A stretch of 64,000 nt of DNA from Fidelibacterota bacterium (GCA_013202495.1 JABMQQ010000067.1:7143-71142), one strand, 5' to 3'; positions 25,147 through 35,237 are shown, numbered from the stretch's first letter. The notes: generated by a model not told the origin, from the sequence alone. Translations and numbers: made by a program.

Positions 25147-25178
25147 ATCAAACACCCGACTTAAGTCGGGTGTTTGAT
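25147..25178 (+). terminator. hairpin after bcp
   Basis: 14-bp perfect stem ATCAAACACCCGAC ttaa GTCGGGTGTTTGAT. The U-tract is only weak. Confidence 0.5.
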
Positions 25179-25211
25179 ATAATCCCAAAACATCAAAAGC
25201 ATGGAAAAACA

Positions 25212-25811
25212 ATGAACAAATCCAGACATAATATATCGATAGGCATTATAACCTGCTTCTTGTCCCTATCAGTGTTCGCCGGTACACCCATTGACGTAAA
25301 GAAAAGTACTGTGGAATGGGTGGGTAACAAGGTCACAGGTTCGCACAATGGCAGTCTTGAAATACAAAAAGGCGAGGTGACCATTGAAAAAGGTGTGATC
25401 AGGAGTGGTCGCTTTATACTCGATATGACCAGCATCAAAGTCCTGGACATCAAGGATAAAAAAAAGAACAGAAGCCTGGAAAAGCACCTTAAGCATGATG
25501 ATTTCTTTGGTGTGAATAATTATCCCAAAGCCGTATTTGAGTTTGCAGTGGCATCGCCCATAAAAGGTGCTAAAGATGATGAACCGAATTATCATTTTAA
25601 GGGAGATTTAACTCTCAAAGGCATTACCCACGCATTGGACTTTGATGCCCGTGTGGACATGAAAAAAAAGAGCGCCTCTGCCTCGGGACAAATCATTGTG
25701 GATAGAACCAAATACAATATCCGCTATAAATCGAACAAATTTTTCGATGGCCTGGGCGATCGAGCAATCTATGATGAATTCAGCATCACCTTTAACGTTT
25801 TGACCAAATAA
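25212..25811 (+). CDS. YceI-like periplasmic polyisoprenoid-binding protein
   Basis: VEWVGNKVTGSHNGSL...DMTSI...HLKHDDFFGVNNYPKAVF...GDLTLKGITH. Start set at ATG 25212 because the longer ORF runs through the bcp terminator hairpin. Confidence 0.85.
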   Translation: MNKSRHNISIGIITCFLSLSVFAGTPIDVKKSTVEWVGNKVTGSHNGSLEIQKGEVTIEKGVIRSGRFILDMTSIKVLDIKDKKKNRSLEKHLKHDDFFGVNNYPKAVFEFAVASPIKGAKDDEPNYHFKGDLTLKGITHALDFDARVDMKKKSASASGQIIVDRTKYNIRYKSNKFFDGLGDRAIYDEFSITFNVLTK

Positions 25812-25817
25812 TGTTCT

Positions 25818-25842
25818 GGGGGGGGCAATCCCCCCTTTTTTT
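25818..25842 (+). terminator. intrinsic terminator after the yceI-like gene
   Basis: GGGGGGGG caat CCCCCC followed by T7. Confidence 0.8.
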
Positions 25843-25953
25843 CTCCAAATAGATAGCACCCCTCAGTGGCAGGATGTATCTTTACCTCGCTCAATTGTAG
25901 TTGAACAGTTGAAACGCTGATAAAAGCAGTTCATTATTTCAGAGGGGGAATTC

Positions 25954-27648
25954 GTGCTACTCAATCCGATTATTTATTCGCCAAAACATCAGGACCAGCG
26001 CTTCCAGGATATCATTCAGAAGACCATCCAGTTTTTTGAAACCAAAGGGCTGCAAAAAGTAAAAGATGATGACACCAACCAGGTTTGGTATGCTGATTTT
26101 CTAGACTTTGTCAAGAAGGAGAAGATTTTTGCCACCCTTTTGACTCCACCAGCTTATGGTAAGGAAAATTATCGCTGGGATACCTGGCGTATCGCTCACT
26201 TCAACGAAATACTGGGTTTTTATGGTCTGGCTTACTGGTACACCTGGCAGGTTTCCATTCTTGGTTTGGGTCCTATCTGGATGTCTGAAAACGAAGCCTT
26301 AAAACAACGGGCAGCGAGATTACTGGAAGAGGGTGAGGTCTTTGCCTTTGGTTTATCCGAGAAAGATCATGGTGCCGATATCTACTCAACTGAAATGTCC
26401 CTAACCCCCCAAAAAGCAGGTCAGTATCTGGCAAATGGATCCAAATACTATATTGGCAATGGCAATACTGCAAAAATGGTCTCCACCTTTGGAAAGCTGT
26501 CTGATTCAGGAGATTATGTTGTTTTTGTCGCGAACTATCAGCATGAAAAATATAACTGTGTAAAAAATGTGGTGAACAGTCAGAGCTACGTAGCAGAATT
26601 CACACTGGATGAATACCCCATTTCAGAGGAGGATATCCTGCATAAAGGCGAGGAGGCCTGGAATGCGGTTCTCAATACTGTAAATATTGGGAAGTACAAT
26701 CTGGGATGGGCTTCCATTGGGATGTGTACCCATGCTTTGTATGAAGCCCTCAGCCATGCCTCTCAACGGAAACTCTATGATATGCATGTCACCGATTTTC
26801 CCCATGTTCAGCAAATGTTTGTAGATGGCTATACCCGACTGGTGGCCATGAAACTGGTGGCCTTGCGAGCCGCAGACTATATACGGGTTGCCTCCAGTGA
26901 GGACAAAAGATATCTGCTATATAATCCTGTGGTGAAAATGAAGGTGACCACCCAGGGAGAAGCTGTGATTGATTTGCTCTGGGATGTGATTGCAGCCAAG
27001 GGCTTTGAAAAGGACACTTTCTTTGATATGGCTACTCGTGATATTAGGGCTCTCCCAAAACTAGAGGGTACAGTTCATGTGAACATTGCCCTGATCCTTA
27101 AATTTATGGCGAGCTATTTCTTTCGATCCACAGACTATCCTGTCGTAGAGCAACAATCACAAGCTCAGAACGATGATTTCCTTTTTAATCAGGGACCAAC
27201 TCGTGGTTTAGGGAAAATACGCTTTCATGATTATAGCAAAGTCTATAAATCGGTTCAGCTGCCCAATGTTAAGATTTTCAAACAACAGATTCGTCTACTG
27301 AAAACCCTCTTGATGCTGGCCAAACCGGATAAAGAACAACGTAAAGATATTGACTTCCTGATGGCGCTGGGTGAGCTATTTACCCTCGTGGTTTATGGCC
27401 AACTCGTGTTGGAAAATGCTCCAATCTATGCGGTGGAAGATGATACCATCGATCAAATATTTGATTTTATGGTCAGAGATTTCTCCAGCCATGCTCTGCA
27501 ATTGTATTCAAAGAGTAGTGCAACCATGAGTCAAATGAGACTCTGTTCAATGATGATAAAAAAACCAGCTGTTGACCGAGCCCGCTTTAACCGGGTTTGG
27601 TCAGATCAAATCTTTCCCCTAAAAGACAGATACATCATGAAACCATAG
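25954..27648 (+). CDS. acyl-CoA dehydrogenase family protein
   Basis: 564 aa. FGLSEKDHGADIYSTEMSL and YIGNGN motifs, with the family's domain order. Confidence 0.75.
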   Translation: MLLNPIIYSPKHQDQRFQDIIQKTIQFFETKGLQKVKDDDTNQVWYADFLDFVKKEKIFATLLTPPAYGKENYRWDTWRIAHFNEILGFYGLAYWYTWQVSILGLGPIWMSENEALKQRAARLLEEGEVFAFGLSEKDHGADIYSTEMSLTPQKAGQYLANGSKYYIGNGNTAKMVSTFGKLSDSGDYVVFVANYQHEKYNCVKNVVNSQSYVAEFTLDEYPISEEDILHKGEEAWNAVLNTVNIGKYNLGWASIGMCTHALYEALSHASQRKLYDMHVTDFPHVQQMFVDGYTRLVAMKLVALRAADYIRVASSEDKRYLLYNPVVKMKVTTQGEAVIDLLWDVIAAKGFEKDTFFDMATRDIRALPKLEGTVHVNIALILKFMASYFFRSTDYPVVEQQSQAQNDDFLFNQGPTRGLGKIRFHDYSKVYKSVQLPNVKIFKQQIRLLKTLLMLAKPDKEQRKDIDFLMALGELFTLVVYGQLVLENAPIYAVEDDTIDQIFDFMVRDFSSHALQLYSKSSATMSQMRLCSMMIKKPAVDRARFNRVWSDQIFPLKDRYIMKP

Positions 27649-27780
27649 CGCTTTAGCCAGCGACTGACGAAGCCGTCAAGTTGTGGTTTTTGGAAATAGT
27701 CTATCCATTCCTCGTTTGTCTGGTTAATATCAGACGTTTCTACACGTTTTAGCCTATGAAAACCTTACTGGAGGTGCGTT

Positions 27781-28548
27781 ATGGATTTAAACATAGCAGT
27801 TTTGATTGATGGTGATAATATCCCATCTGCCCATGTAAAAGAGATGATGGAAGAAATTGCCAAATATGGTAATCCCACCATCAAGCGCATTTATGGAGAC
27901 TGGACCAAACCCAACCTCTCAAAATGGAAAAACCTCCTGCTGGAAAACGCTATCACGCCTATTCAGCAGTATGGCTATACCACAGGTAAAAACGCCACGG
28001 ATTCCGCCATGATTATTGATGCCATGGATATCCTGTATTCAGAAAAAGTAACTGGATTCTGCCTGGTCTCCAGCGATAGTGACTTTACCCGTTTGGCTAC
28101 CCGGCTCCGGGAGGCCGGTATGAAGGTCTTTGGGATTGGTGAGAAGAAAACACCCCAACCCTTTATCGTAGCCTGTGATAAATTTATCTATATCGAAATA
28201 TTAAAGAATCTGGCCAAGGAAAATGAGTCAGAAACTGCTGAGGACAAACAACCCGCCCCTGAAAATATTGACAAGGTTACACCAGGAGTGATTCGCTTAA
28301 TTGCTACCACCGTTTCTGATCTGGCAGATGAAGATGGCTGGGCCTTCCTGGGTGATGTGGGCAATCTGCTTCAGAAAAAACAGCCTAATTTTGATTCCAG
28401 AAATTATGGTTTTCTCAAGCTGACGCCTCTCATAAAATCAACTCAGAAATTTGAAATTGAATCGAGGGAAAGCCCCACAGGACGATTCAAACTTATTTAC
28501 GTGAAGAATAAAGTATCCAAAAAAACAAATCGTAGAGGGAAGTCATGA
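27781..28548 (+). CDS. NYN (LabA-like) nuclease-fold protein with C-terminal OST-HTH/LOTUS domain
   Basis: AVLIDGDNIP...KRIYGDW...CLVSSDSDFTRLATRLREAG, then WAFLGDVGNLLQKKQPNFDSRNYGFLKL. Confidence 0.8.
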   Translation: MDLNIAVLIDGDNIPSAHVKEMMEEIAKYGNPTIKRIYGDWTKPNLSKWKNLLLENAITPIQQYGYTTGKNATDSAMIIDAMDILYSEKVTGFCLVSSDSDFTRLATRLREAGMKVFGIGEKKTPQPFIVACDKFIYIEILKNLAKENESETAEDKQPAPENIDKVTPGVIRLIATTVSDLADEDGWAFLGDVGNLLQKKQPNFDSRNYGFLKLTPLIKSTQKFEIESRESPTGRFKLIYVKNKVSKKTNRRGKS

Positions 28549-29183
28549 AAACCAAACTAGTACTACTTCTAGCCATCATCTTTTTAATGGGATGCGGTAA
28601 AAAATTCGAGGAATACGAATATTTATCAGACCCTCAAATCAGTGAAAAAGCACCTCAGAAAATGCTGGTCTATGAGGCAAAAGGGGACCCAAACGAAACG
28701 GTTGGCGAAGCCTTCGGCGCCCTGATTTCGACTTTTTTCAAGCTAAAGAAGGCTCACGATATGGATATGGTCGCACCGCGTGCTCGCTGGCCCAAATCTG
28801 CAGACACCCCCAAGGATCAATGGGTGGGGATTTATGCCATGCCCATGGCAGAAACGGTGACTGAAATACCAGCTGAAATTTTATCAGAACACCCCGCTCT
28901 CATACTTGAAACCTGGGAGTATGGTCTGGTGGCTGAAATCCTTCACAAGGGCTCTTATACCAGTGAGGGTCCAACGGTGGAACGATTGCATCAATTCATT
29001 ACAGATAGTGGTTATGAGATCGCAGGACTTCATGAGGAGGAATATCTTAAGGGTCCTGGTATGTTTGGACCAGGGAATCCCGATAAATACTATACTATCA
29101 TTCGATATCCTGTTGCCAGAATTGTTCCTCCAGTCGAAGAACCGTCCACCGAAGCAGTTGAAGTAGAAGAGACAGAGGGTTAA
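28545..29183 (+). CDS. GyrI-like small-molecule-binding lipoprotein
   Basis: Lipobox LMGC. HEEEYLKGPG...PDKYYTIIRYPV is a GyrI-like C-terminus. The start overlaps the previous stop (ATGA). Confidence 0.55.
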   Translation: MKTKLVLLLAIIFLMGCGKKFEEYEYLSDPQISEKAPQKMLVYEAKGDPNETVGEAFGALISTFFKLKKAHDMDMVAPRARWPKSADTPKDQWVGIYAMPMAETVTEIPAEILSEHPALILETWEYGLVAEILHKGSYTSEGPTVERLHQFITDSGYEIAGLHEEEYLKGPGMFGPGNPDKYYTIIRYPVARIVPPVEEPSTEAVEVEETEG

Positions 29184-29190
29184 AACGGTT

Positions 29191-29760
29191 TTGGGCTTTT
29201 ACCAGACCGAAAAAGGGGTAGAAGACTACATAAAGCTGGCCGAGGGTTATGATGGCGCCGAACTCATTGACTGGCTAACCAGCTATCTCCCTGAGAATTC
29301 CAGTGTGCTTGAGTTGGGGATGGGTCCCGGGAAAGACCTGGATATCTTGCTTAAGATCTACCGCGCGACAGGTTCAGATTTTTCACAGCTTTTCGTCGAT
29401 CGCTATCTGAAGCAACACCCAGAAGCCGATGTTCTGCAACTGGATGCTGTCACACTGGATACCCCGAGACGATTTGACGCGATTTATTCCAATAAGGTTC
29501 TCCAACACCTCAGCATTGATGCGTGTAGGCAATCCCTGGCTGCCCAATACGGGAGACTTAATGAGGGTGGGATTGTTCTCCATGCCCTGTGGTTTGGGGA
29601 TGATTATGAAGAATTTGGGGATCTGGGATTTCAACAATATACACAGGAGAGCTTTGCCCAACTTTTAGAGGGTCGCTTCGAAATACTGGAGACAAAAATT
29701 TTCACAGAAATGGAAAAGGATGACTCCATTGCCTTTGTATTAAAGCGTCTACCAGGTTAA
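29191..29760 (+). CDS. class I SAM-dependent methyltransferase
   Basis: VLELGMGPGKD motif I. Alternative (TTG) start. Confidence 0.7.
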   Translation: MGFYQTEKGVEDYIKLAEGYDGAELIDWLTSYLPENSSVLELGMGPGKDLDILLKIYRATGSDFSQLFVDRYLKQHPEADVLQLDAVTLDTPRRFDAIYSNKVLQHLSIDACRQSLAAQYGRLNEGGIVLHALWFGDDYEEFGDLGFQQYTQESFAQLLEGRFEILETKIFTEMEKDDSIAFVLKRLPG

Positions 29761-29774
29761 CCAGAAACGTCGAA

Positions 29775-30138
29775 CCTTGAGCCTGTCGAAAGGTGGGGCC
29801 AGGGAAAGGATGGACATTTCGACGAGCTCAATGTCCAAGTCCGCAACCCGGCGGGGAAGTCAAATCAATGTCTGAGACCTTAATACCGGCAGCTGAGTTT
29901 ATCGAAGCCAGAGGGTGATCCATAAAGTACCGTGGACATTTCGACGGGCTCAATGTCCGAGTCCGTAACCCCGGCGGTTGAGCTTGTTTGTGGGGTCGTA
30001 GCCTTTAGGCGGAGCCCCATCGAAACCCCGGTTGTTTCACCATGATATTGCATATTTCGAACTGCCTTCGCGCCTTTCGAGAAGCTCAAGGACCAGCTTC
30101 GGCAGACAGGCTCAATGTCCAGAGTCTGAGCCCGGACT
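29775..30138. repeat. cluster of REP-like hairpin units (stem-TCGAnnnnGCTC-stem)
   Basis: Hairpins at 29775-29793 (inverted), 29812-29836, 29934-29958 and 30073-30091, plus a half unit at 30109-30120. The ~45-nt units 29811-29854 and 29933-29978 are near-identical. Confidence 0.8.
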
Positions 30139-31257
30139 CAGACGCAGCAGGCGGCCACCTTCCCCATCCTCTAGCACCCAGATGGCCCCATCAGGTCCTT
30201 GTTCAACCTCTCGAATTCGCTGCTTCATGTCGAAACGTTCAACCTCTTCAGCCTTGTCACCACTGATCTTGATCCGTACCAGCGATTCTGATCTGAGACC
30301 TCCAATAAAGGCGTTGCCCTGCCAGTCAGGAAACATGAAACCGTCATAGATGATCAGTCCCGAGGGTGCTATGGTGGGTACCCAGTAAACTTCAGGAGTA
30401 TGGAATTCGGGACGCGTATCATGATCGGGAATGGGATATCCCGAGTAGTGATTGCCCCAGGAGACCAGGGGCCAGCCATAATTATCTCCACGTATGATGA
30501 GGTTGAATTCATCGCCGTGTTGGGGACCCATCTCGTGCGTCCACAGTTTTCCCTGGTGATCAAATGCAATACCCAGAAGATTTCGATGTCCCAGGGTCCA
30601 AAAGCTTTTCGCCAACACACCTTTATCCTGAAAGGGATTATCTGTCGGTACGGAGCCATCAGCATTTAGCCTGATGACCTTGCCCAAATCCTGGGTCCAA
30701 CTCTGAGCAGGTTCCTGTTTTTGCCGTTCACCTGATGTAATAAAGAGATAGCCCTGTGGGCCGAAAGCCAGACGGTGTGAGTAATGCCCTTTCCCAGAGA
30801 CCTTTGGTGTTTGTCGCCAGATTATTTCAAAGTTTTCAAGTTTGGGTTGGCCCGATTCAGTGTGGAGTTGAGCCCGGGCAACCACGGCTCCCCTTTTTCC
30901 TGATGTTCCCTTCTCCGCATACGAGAGATAGATCAAATGATTTTCCTGATATTGGGGATGGAGGATGATGTCACCCAATCCGCCCTGACCACCGTAAGCA
31001 ACTTTGGGGATCCCTCGAACCGTTACTTTTGAAAGGTCTTCTAAGTAAACCAGGAGTAAGACCCCAGGTTTTTCAGTAATCAGAAGATCACGATTTGGCA
31101 GAAAGGTCATGGCCCAGGGTTCATTAAATTTCCCGAAGCTTTCATACATGAGCTTTGATCCAGCATCTCCTTCAAAAGTGTTCTCAACGGGATCGGCAAA
31201 GACCTGACTGGTGATGAGAATCAGAAGGAGACAACCTTTTAAAGCTATGTTTTGCAT
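30112..31257 (-). CDS. PQQ-dependent soluble sugar (glucose/sorbosone) dehydrogenase, YliI-like
   Basis: Signal peptide, [44 protein letters not shown] and GDNYGWP. Confidence 0.85.
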   Translation of the reverse strand: MQNIALKGCLLLILITSQVFADPVENTFEGDAGSKLMYESFGKFNEPWAMTFLPNRDLLITEKPGVLLLVYLEDLSKVTVRGIPKVAYGGQGGLGDIILHPQYQENHLIYLSYAEKGTSGKRGAVVARAQLHTESGQPKLENFEIIWRQTPKVSGKGHYSHRLAFGPQGYLFITSGERQKQEPAQSWTQDLGKVIRLNADGSVPTDNPFQDKGVLAKSFWTLGHRNLLGIAFDHQGKLWTHEMGPQHGDEFNLIIRGDNYGWPLVSWGNHYSGYPIPDHDTRPEFHTPEVYWVPTIAPSGLIIYDGFMFPDWQGNAFIGGLRSESLVRIKISGDKAEEVERFDMKQRIREVEQGPDGAIWVLEDGEGGRLLRLSPGSDSGH

Positions 31258-31314
31258 ATTACGTCTATCTCTCGGCTTTATTTACATAAACGATGTGGTG
31301 AAATTGACACCGGC

Positions 31315-31611
31315 TCAAAAGAGTCCAACAGCCAACTCTATCCAGACAATGATAAGCACTGCCAGGATAGCAATCCCAACAGCCAGTCGATACTTTGAAT
31401 TACTAAGCTTTCTTGATGCCAGCTCATAGGCAAGGGCAGCGAAGGTTAGGAGGGCACCGGCGACAATAAAATCCATCAAATCCCAATCCACTTCATCTGT
31501 GAATTGCATGGCCACCAGGGGTATTAATAGTACGAGGACCACCGATCCCCAGATGGCAATTCTTGGTTTGTTGCTGCACCAGTCACTTCTTTTATCTATG
31601 CTTTCAACCAT
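31315..31611 (-). CDS. hypothetical small membrane protein
   Basis: 98 aa with three predicted hydrophobic helices. Confidence 0.45.
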   Translation of the reverse strand: MVESIDKRSDWCSNKPRIAIWGSVVLVLLIPLVAMQFTDEVDWDLMDFIVAGALLTFAALAYELASRKLSNSKYRLAVGIAILAVLIIVWIELAVGLF

Positions 31612-31756
31612 AATTTCACCTCTTCAATTAATTAACGAGACAAATTGGTATACGGTGAGGAGAGTCTGTAGTTCCACAGGGGTGTGGTTGGAACACGAGC
31701 AGGCTTTAAAAAAGTTTACTCTTTTACCAGCATTATCCATCAAGGGCAGCCGGGCA

Positions 31757-32227
31757 TTATCTGGATATATATTCCTCTGTCTGGTTGCTGTCTACATACT
31801 CCTGAAAGCTTGGATCATAGTTTTGTTTTCGCAGGTTCCAGATGTGCTGAAATGAGGATGCCCCCATGGGCTGGGTATAATCTCTGGACAGAGCGGACCA
31901 AATATCTTCATCCAGGTTTCCATCTCTGTTCTCCAGGAAGGCGCTTTCCCAGGCACGAAAAAGGTTGGTTACTGGAACGATGAGCTGAACTGATTCTGCC
32001 TCAGAAATGGAACCAAAATCCTGATTGGCACGAACAAAAATATCACTGATGCGTTCTCCAGCGAATATGGCAGTTGTTCTGCGCTGTTCCCGGGACATCT
32101 CATGCAATGCAGAAAGCCTGGCCTGAGAATTCTGAGACCTGATTTGTAGTGCCAGGTATATGAGCGATACGACCACGGCGAAGGCACCAATCATTTCACC
32201 AATAGCCCCTATTGCATCCCAATTCAT
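31757..32227 (-). CDS. hypothetical single-pass membrane protein
   Basis: 156 aa with N-terminal TM GAIGEMIGAFAVVVSLIYLALQIR. The N-terminus is paralogous to the adjacent split gene. Confidence 0.5.
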   Translation of the reverse strand: MNWDAIGAIGEMIGAFAVVVSLIYLALQIRSQNSQARLSALHEMSREQRRTTAIFAGERISDIFVRANQDFGSISEAESVQLIVPVTNLFRAWESAFLENRDGNLDEDIWSALSRDYTQPMGASSFQHIWNLRKQNYDPSFQEYVDSNQTEEYISR

Positions 32228-32284
32228 ATTTCATTTCCCTTCTTCATGTTGTCTCAATATACACCGGTCGATCAAATGCATTGG

Positions 32285-32800
32285 CTACTTCTTAAATTCC
32301 CAGTTCTGATGCTTGATAAAAGCTGGTTCTGTCTTTTCCGGGCTGTGTTCCTCAAGCCTTTCTACCAGCCATTGATACCACTCTAGAAATAGCTCATCGG
32401 ATTGGCCTTCGCGAATGGATAAGACCCAGGGTCTAAGCCTTTTCCATAAGGTGATTGCGACACCACCAATCAGTTCCTGGACTGCATCCATTGGTACAAC
32501 TCCTCGGAACACCAGTAGGCCCATGGTCTCATACTTTATCCCAATTAAAAGAGCTGCTTCAATGTGATCAGATCCCTTTGCCAGAAACTCTGATGCAGGC
32601 ATGTCTTCAGATAGGGAATGAATAATTCGAAAAGCTGCCGTAAACTCACTATCTTGAAAAGACCTCACCAACTCAACAGAGGCTAAATCATGCCTCTGGC
32701 GTTATGTTTCTCGAATCTGAATCATACCAAAGATGATTGCTGCGACAACAGCAACAAACCCCCCAATTTCTGCTATTTGTGATAGTGTCTGTAAATCCAT
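32285..32800 (-). pseudogene. single-pass membrane protein gene interrupted by in-frame TAA (32702-32704)
   Basis: ATG at 32800 with a GAGG RBS encodes MDLQTLSQIAEIGGFVAVVAAIIFGMIQIRET*. The 128-aa ORF 32285-32671 continues in the same frame. Confidence 0.5.
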
Positions 32801-32886
32801 TATTACCTCATTGTTTTCAGTTTAACGCGTTGGGTACATTTATAGCCCCCTGACCAGGATGGAAGGGGAAATCTTGAGTCTGCTTG

Positions 32887-33339
32887 TTAGTCTTGCTCGC
32901 AAAGCTTTTTTAGCATTTCAAGTTCACTTTGAAAATGAGCTCTGATCTTTTTCTTGAATATGGGACCCATAAAGGGCATGACAACTTTAGTAAAAGATTT
33001 AAATCTGATAAAAGCGTCAATGGTCAAAACGGTTTTTTTAGTTGAACCATTGAACCGGTAAATCACTTCAGTGTCATTATATACACCTGTCAGTTTAAAC
33101 GAAATCAATTCATTCTGCTTGAATGCAGTTATGGTCCCTTGAAGTTCAGTACTTTTACCATTTTCTTCAACCACTTCAATAAATGTTGTGCCAACCCTTC
33201 CAGGCACGTCATTAAGAATTTGAGTACTCCTGACGCTTTTCATCCACATCTTGGCTTTTTCTGGATGATCAAGCCATTGGAATACTTGTTCAGATGAGGA
33301 ATTGATCTCGATTTGAAATGATAACTTCAGTCTATTCAC
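32887..33339 (-). CDS. SRPBCC (START/AHSA1-like) family protein
   Basis: Typical ~150-aa layout (SFQIEINSSSEQVFQWLDHPEKAKMWM...). Probable GTG start at 33339; the longer ORF overlaps the upstream gene. Confidence 0.55.
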   Translation of the reverse strand: MNRLKLSFQIEINSSSEQVFQWLDHPEKAKMWMKSVRSTQILNDVPGRVGTTFIEVVEENGKSTELQGTITAFKQNELISFKLTGVYNDTEVIYRFNGSTKKTVLTIDAFIRFKSFTKVVMPFMGPIFKKKIRAHFQSELEMLKKLCEQD

Positions 33340-34264
33340 CCACTCCCAACCCGTGTTGGTTTTTCTTAAGAAAAAGAAGTATAACAAAGACGCTGATATA
33401 TCCTACCAATTCAAGAATTGAGGCTCCGCCTGATTTTGTAACCACGAGCATGACAGGACCTTCCACTTTGGTCACCAGGAGTGTGGCTTCATCTGGACTG
33501 ACTCCCACAGTACCAAGGGTTCTGGCTGCAAAATGAATGGCAAAATGAATTCCCAGGGGCACCCAGATATTGTCGTAGAGCAAGTATGCCTGTCCAAAAA
33601 CGAATCCCGCAAGCGTGGCGCTGGATAGAGATAGCCACCAGGGAAAATCATTGGAAAAACCGGAAAAATGAAGCAGACCAAACACGATTGAAGAGACGAC
33701 AAGACCAGTTCTGATATTATACCGCTCAGTAAAAGCATTCATGAGGAAGCCCCTAAAGATGCTCTCCTCGATGATTGCCGTTTCCAGACTGAAAATGGTT
33801 GAATACAGTATTGCAGGCATTAAGACATTGAGCAGTTTGAATTCCCACAGCCAACCCTCCACAGAGTACCACCCAAAACTGAGCATAATGAGCAAGGGGA
33901 TGATCTGGATAATAAAACCCAGAAATATTCCCAATCCGAGATGCCTTATCCAGTTGCGTTCAAATGTTATTCCCATAAACCTATGAGAATGACCCATCAA
34001 CAATTTTATGGTGAATGCGACGCTAAGGAGCACAAGGATAGATCTGATGGATCTCTTTAAAACATCATGGAGAGCGGATGGCCATTCATGTTCAACAGGA
34101 CCTGATCCATCCACCAATCCAACTTTTTCTAAAACGATTCCTATTGGATCTACAACTAACATTTCACCAATAATGATGAGAACAAGGATCATCAGGGTGG
34201 GCCATAAGATCCGGATATTGTCTCCATAATAGAGTAGTTTTTTAAAATTCATTTCATCCTCCAC
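33332..34264 (-). CDS. CPBP family intramembrane glutamic endopeptidase (CAAX protease-like)
   Basis: Motifs EESIFRGFL and FGLLHF in a polytopic membrane protein. Confidence 0.8.
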   Translation of the reverse strand: MEDEMNFKKLLYYGDNIRILWPTLMILVLIIIGEMLVVDPIGIVLEKVGLVDGSGPVEHEWPSALHDVLKRSIRSILVLLSVAFTIKLLMGHSHRFMGITFERNWIRHLGLGIFLGFIIQIIPLLIMLSFGWYSVEGWLWEFKLLNVLMPAILYSTIFSLETAIIEESIFRGFLMNAFTERYNIRTGLVVSSIVFGLLHFSGFSNDFPWWLSLSSATLAGFVFGQAYLLYDNIWVPLGIHFAIHFAARTLGTVGVSPDEATLLVTKVEGPVMLVVTKSGGASILELVGYISVFVILLFLKKNQHGLGVGE

Positions 34265-34357
34265 ATTTCAATATATGGATTTCGAAAACAAACCCGACAT
34301 ATTTGGCCCATCTATGTCCTGGGGACTATGATAGGCCATTGTTAGGTATTTGTTCCT

Positions 34358-35164
34358 TCACTTCTTAAGTGTTCCTGCATCAAAATATTTTCGCAAGAAA
34401 TTTTCAGCATTCCGGTTACGTGAAATAATGAATTCCTCTGTTTTCCTTGTGTGAGCCAGAACTTTGTATGCAATTCTAGCACGCCTGGGAAATTGGGTAT
34501 GATGGGCATCAAAGGCGTGTACTCTTTGGGCTGTATAATCTGCCACATTTACACGCAGATCAACAGCAAGCTCAGAAACAAAGACACTGGTCTCAGAGAT
34601 GGGAATCAGGCGTTCTGTTTGAGCCATGTGAAGCAACAATTTGCCGGAATCAGTAAGATCAAAAGCGACATCAGTGGCAAGTCCTGTCATTGTATGATCC
34701 CAATCACCAGTCATGCCGTCTGGACCAAATCCGATGATCATGACTGGTTCAATATCAGCTAACAAATTGAGTAATGCATCCTTTAGGTCATCAACCCGAT
34801 CGGAAACGTGACCGTCTGGAACCTTGAGAAATATTGGAGATTGCTGTATCCCGAGGGCTTGAAGGGCTGCCTCTGCTTCCTGCTCACGTACTTTAGCCAG
34901 GGATTCTCCATGTAATCCTTGTCCTGTCTCATCTGGGCCGTCATCTCCTGAGGTGACATATACAACCCTGATATCACAGCCCTTTGTAGAAAGCAATGCC
35001 AGGGTCCCGCTGACCATCGTTTCATCATCTGGATGAGCTAATATTACACATATTTTTTCACCGATTTCTTCCACGGGTTTTTTTGACTCACATTCAAACA
35101 GTATGGGAATGGTAGAAAAGAGGAAAAAGAGGGTAATCCAGGATTTATGTTTTCTAATGATCAT
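34358..35164 (-). CDS. PIG-L (LmbE-like) family deacetylase, exported
   Basis: VILAHPDDETMVSG motif and N-terminal signal peptide. Confidence 0.8.
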   Translation of the reverse strand: MIIRKHKSWITLFFLFSTIPILFECESKKPVEEIGEKICVILAHPDDETMVSGTLALLSTKGCDIRVVYVTSGDDGPDETGQGLHGESLAKVREQEAEAALQALGIQQSPIFLKVPDGHVSDRVDDLKDALLNLLADIEPVMIIGFGPDGMTGDWDHTMTGLATDVAFDLTDSGKLLLHMAQTERLIPISETSVFVSELAVDLRVNVADYTAQRVHAFDAHHTQFPRRARIAYKVLAHTRKTEEFIISRNRNAENFLRKYFDAGTLKK

Positions 35165-35203
35165 TTTCGAACACTCCTAACGCTTAAGACCCACCTACAG
35201 GCT

Positions 35204-35230
35204 GGCGGGAGTGGACTAGTCTTTGGCGTA
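35204..35230. repeat. stop-proximal intergenic element GGCGGGAGTnGACTnGyCTTTGnnGTA, copy
   Basis: 22/27 identical to 46129-46155 (hand count). It ends 7 nt from the TrmO stop codon. Confidence 0.6.
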
Positions 35231-35237
35231 CCGCACG

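Noticed and set aside
27781-28548. The NYN/LOTUS protein was considered as a toxin or defence nuclease.
   Set aside because: It is a single gene between metabolic and lipoprotein genes, with no partner antitoxin, sensor or mobile-element context. LabA-like NYN-LOTUS proteins are widespread housekeeping-type genes.
29761-30111. Repeated ~45-nt units looked superficially like a tiny CRISPR array.
   Set aside because: There are only two full units. They are imperfect, with different flanks and mixed orientation of related hairpins. There is no regular repeat-spacer periodicity and there are no cas genes.
30032-30349. ORFs of 105 aa and 74 aa on the + strand, and 69 aa on the - strand (29880-30089).
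   Set aside because: They translate the repeat island and the antisense of the PQQ dehydrogenase gene. Composition is low-complexity Pro/Ser/Arg and there is no RBS.
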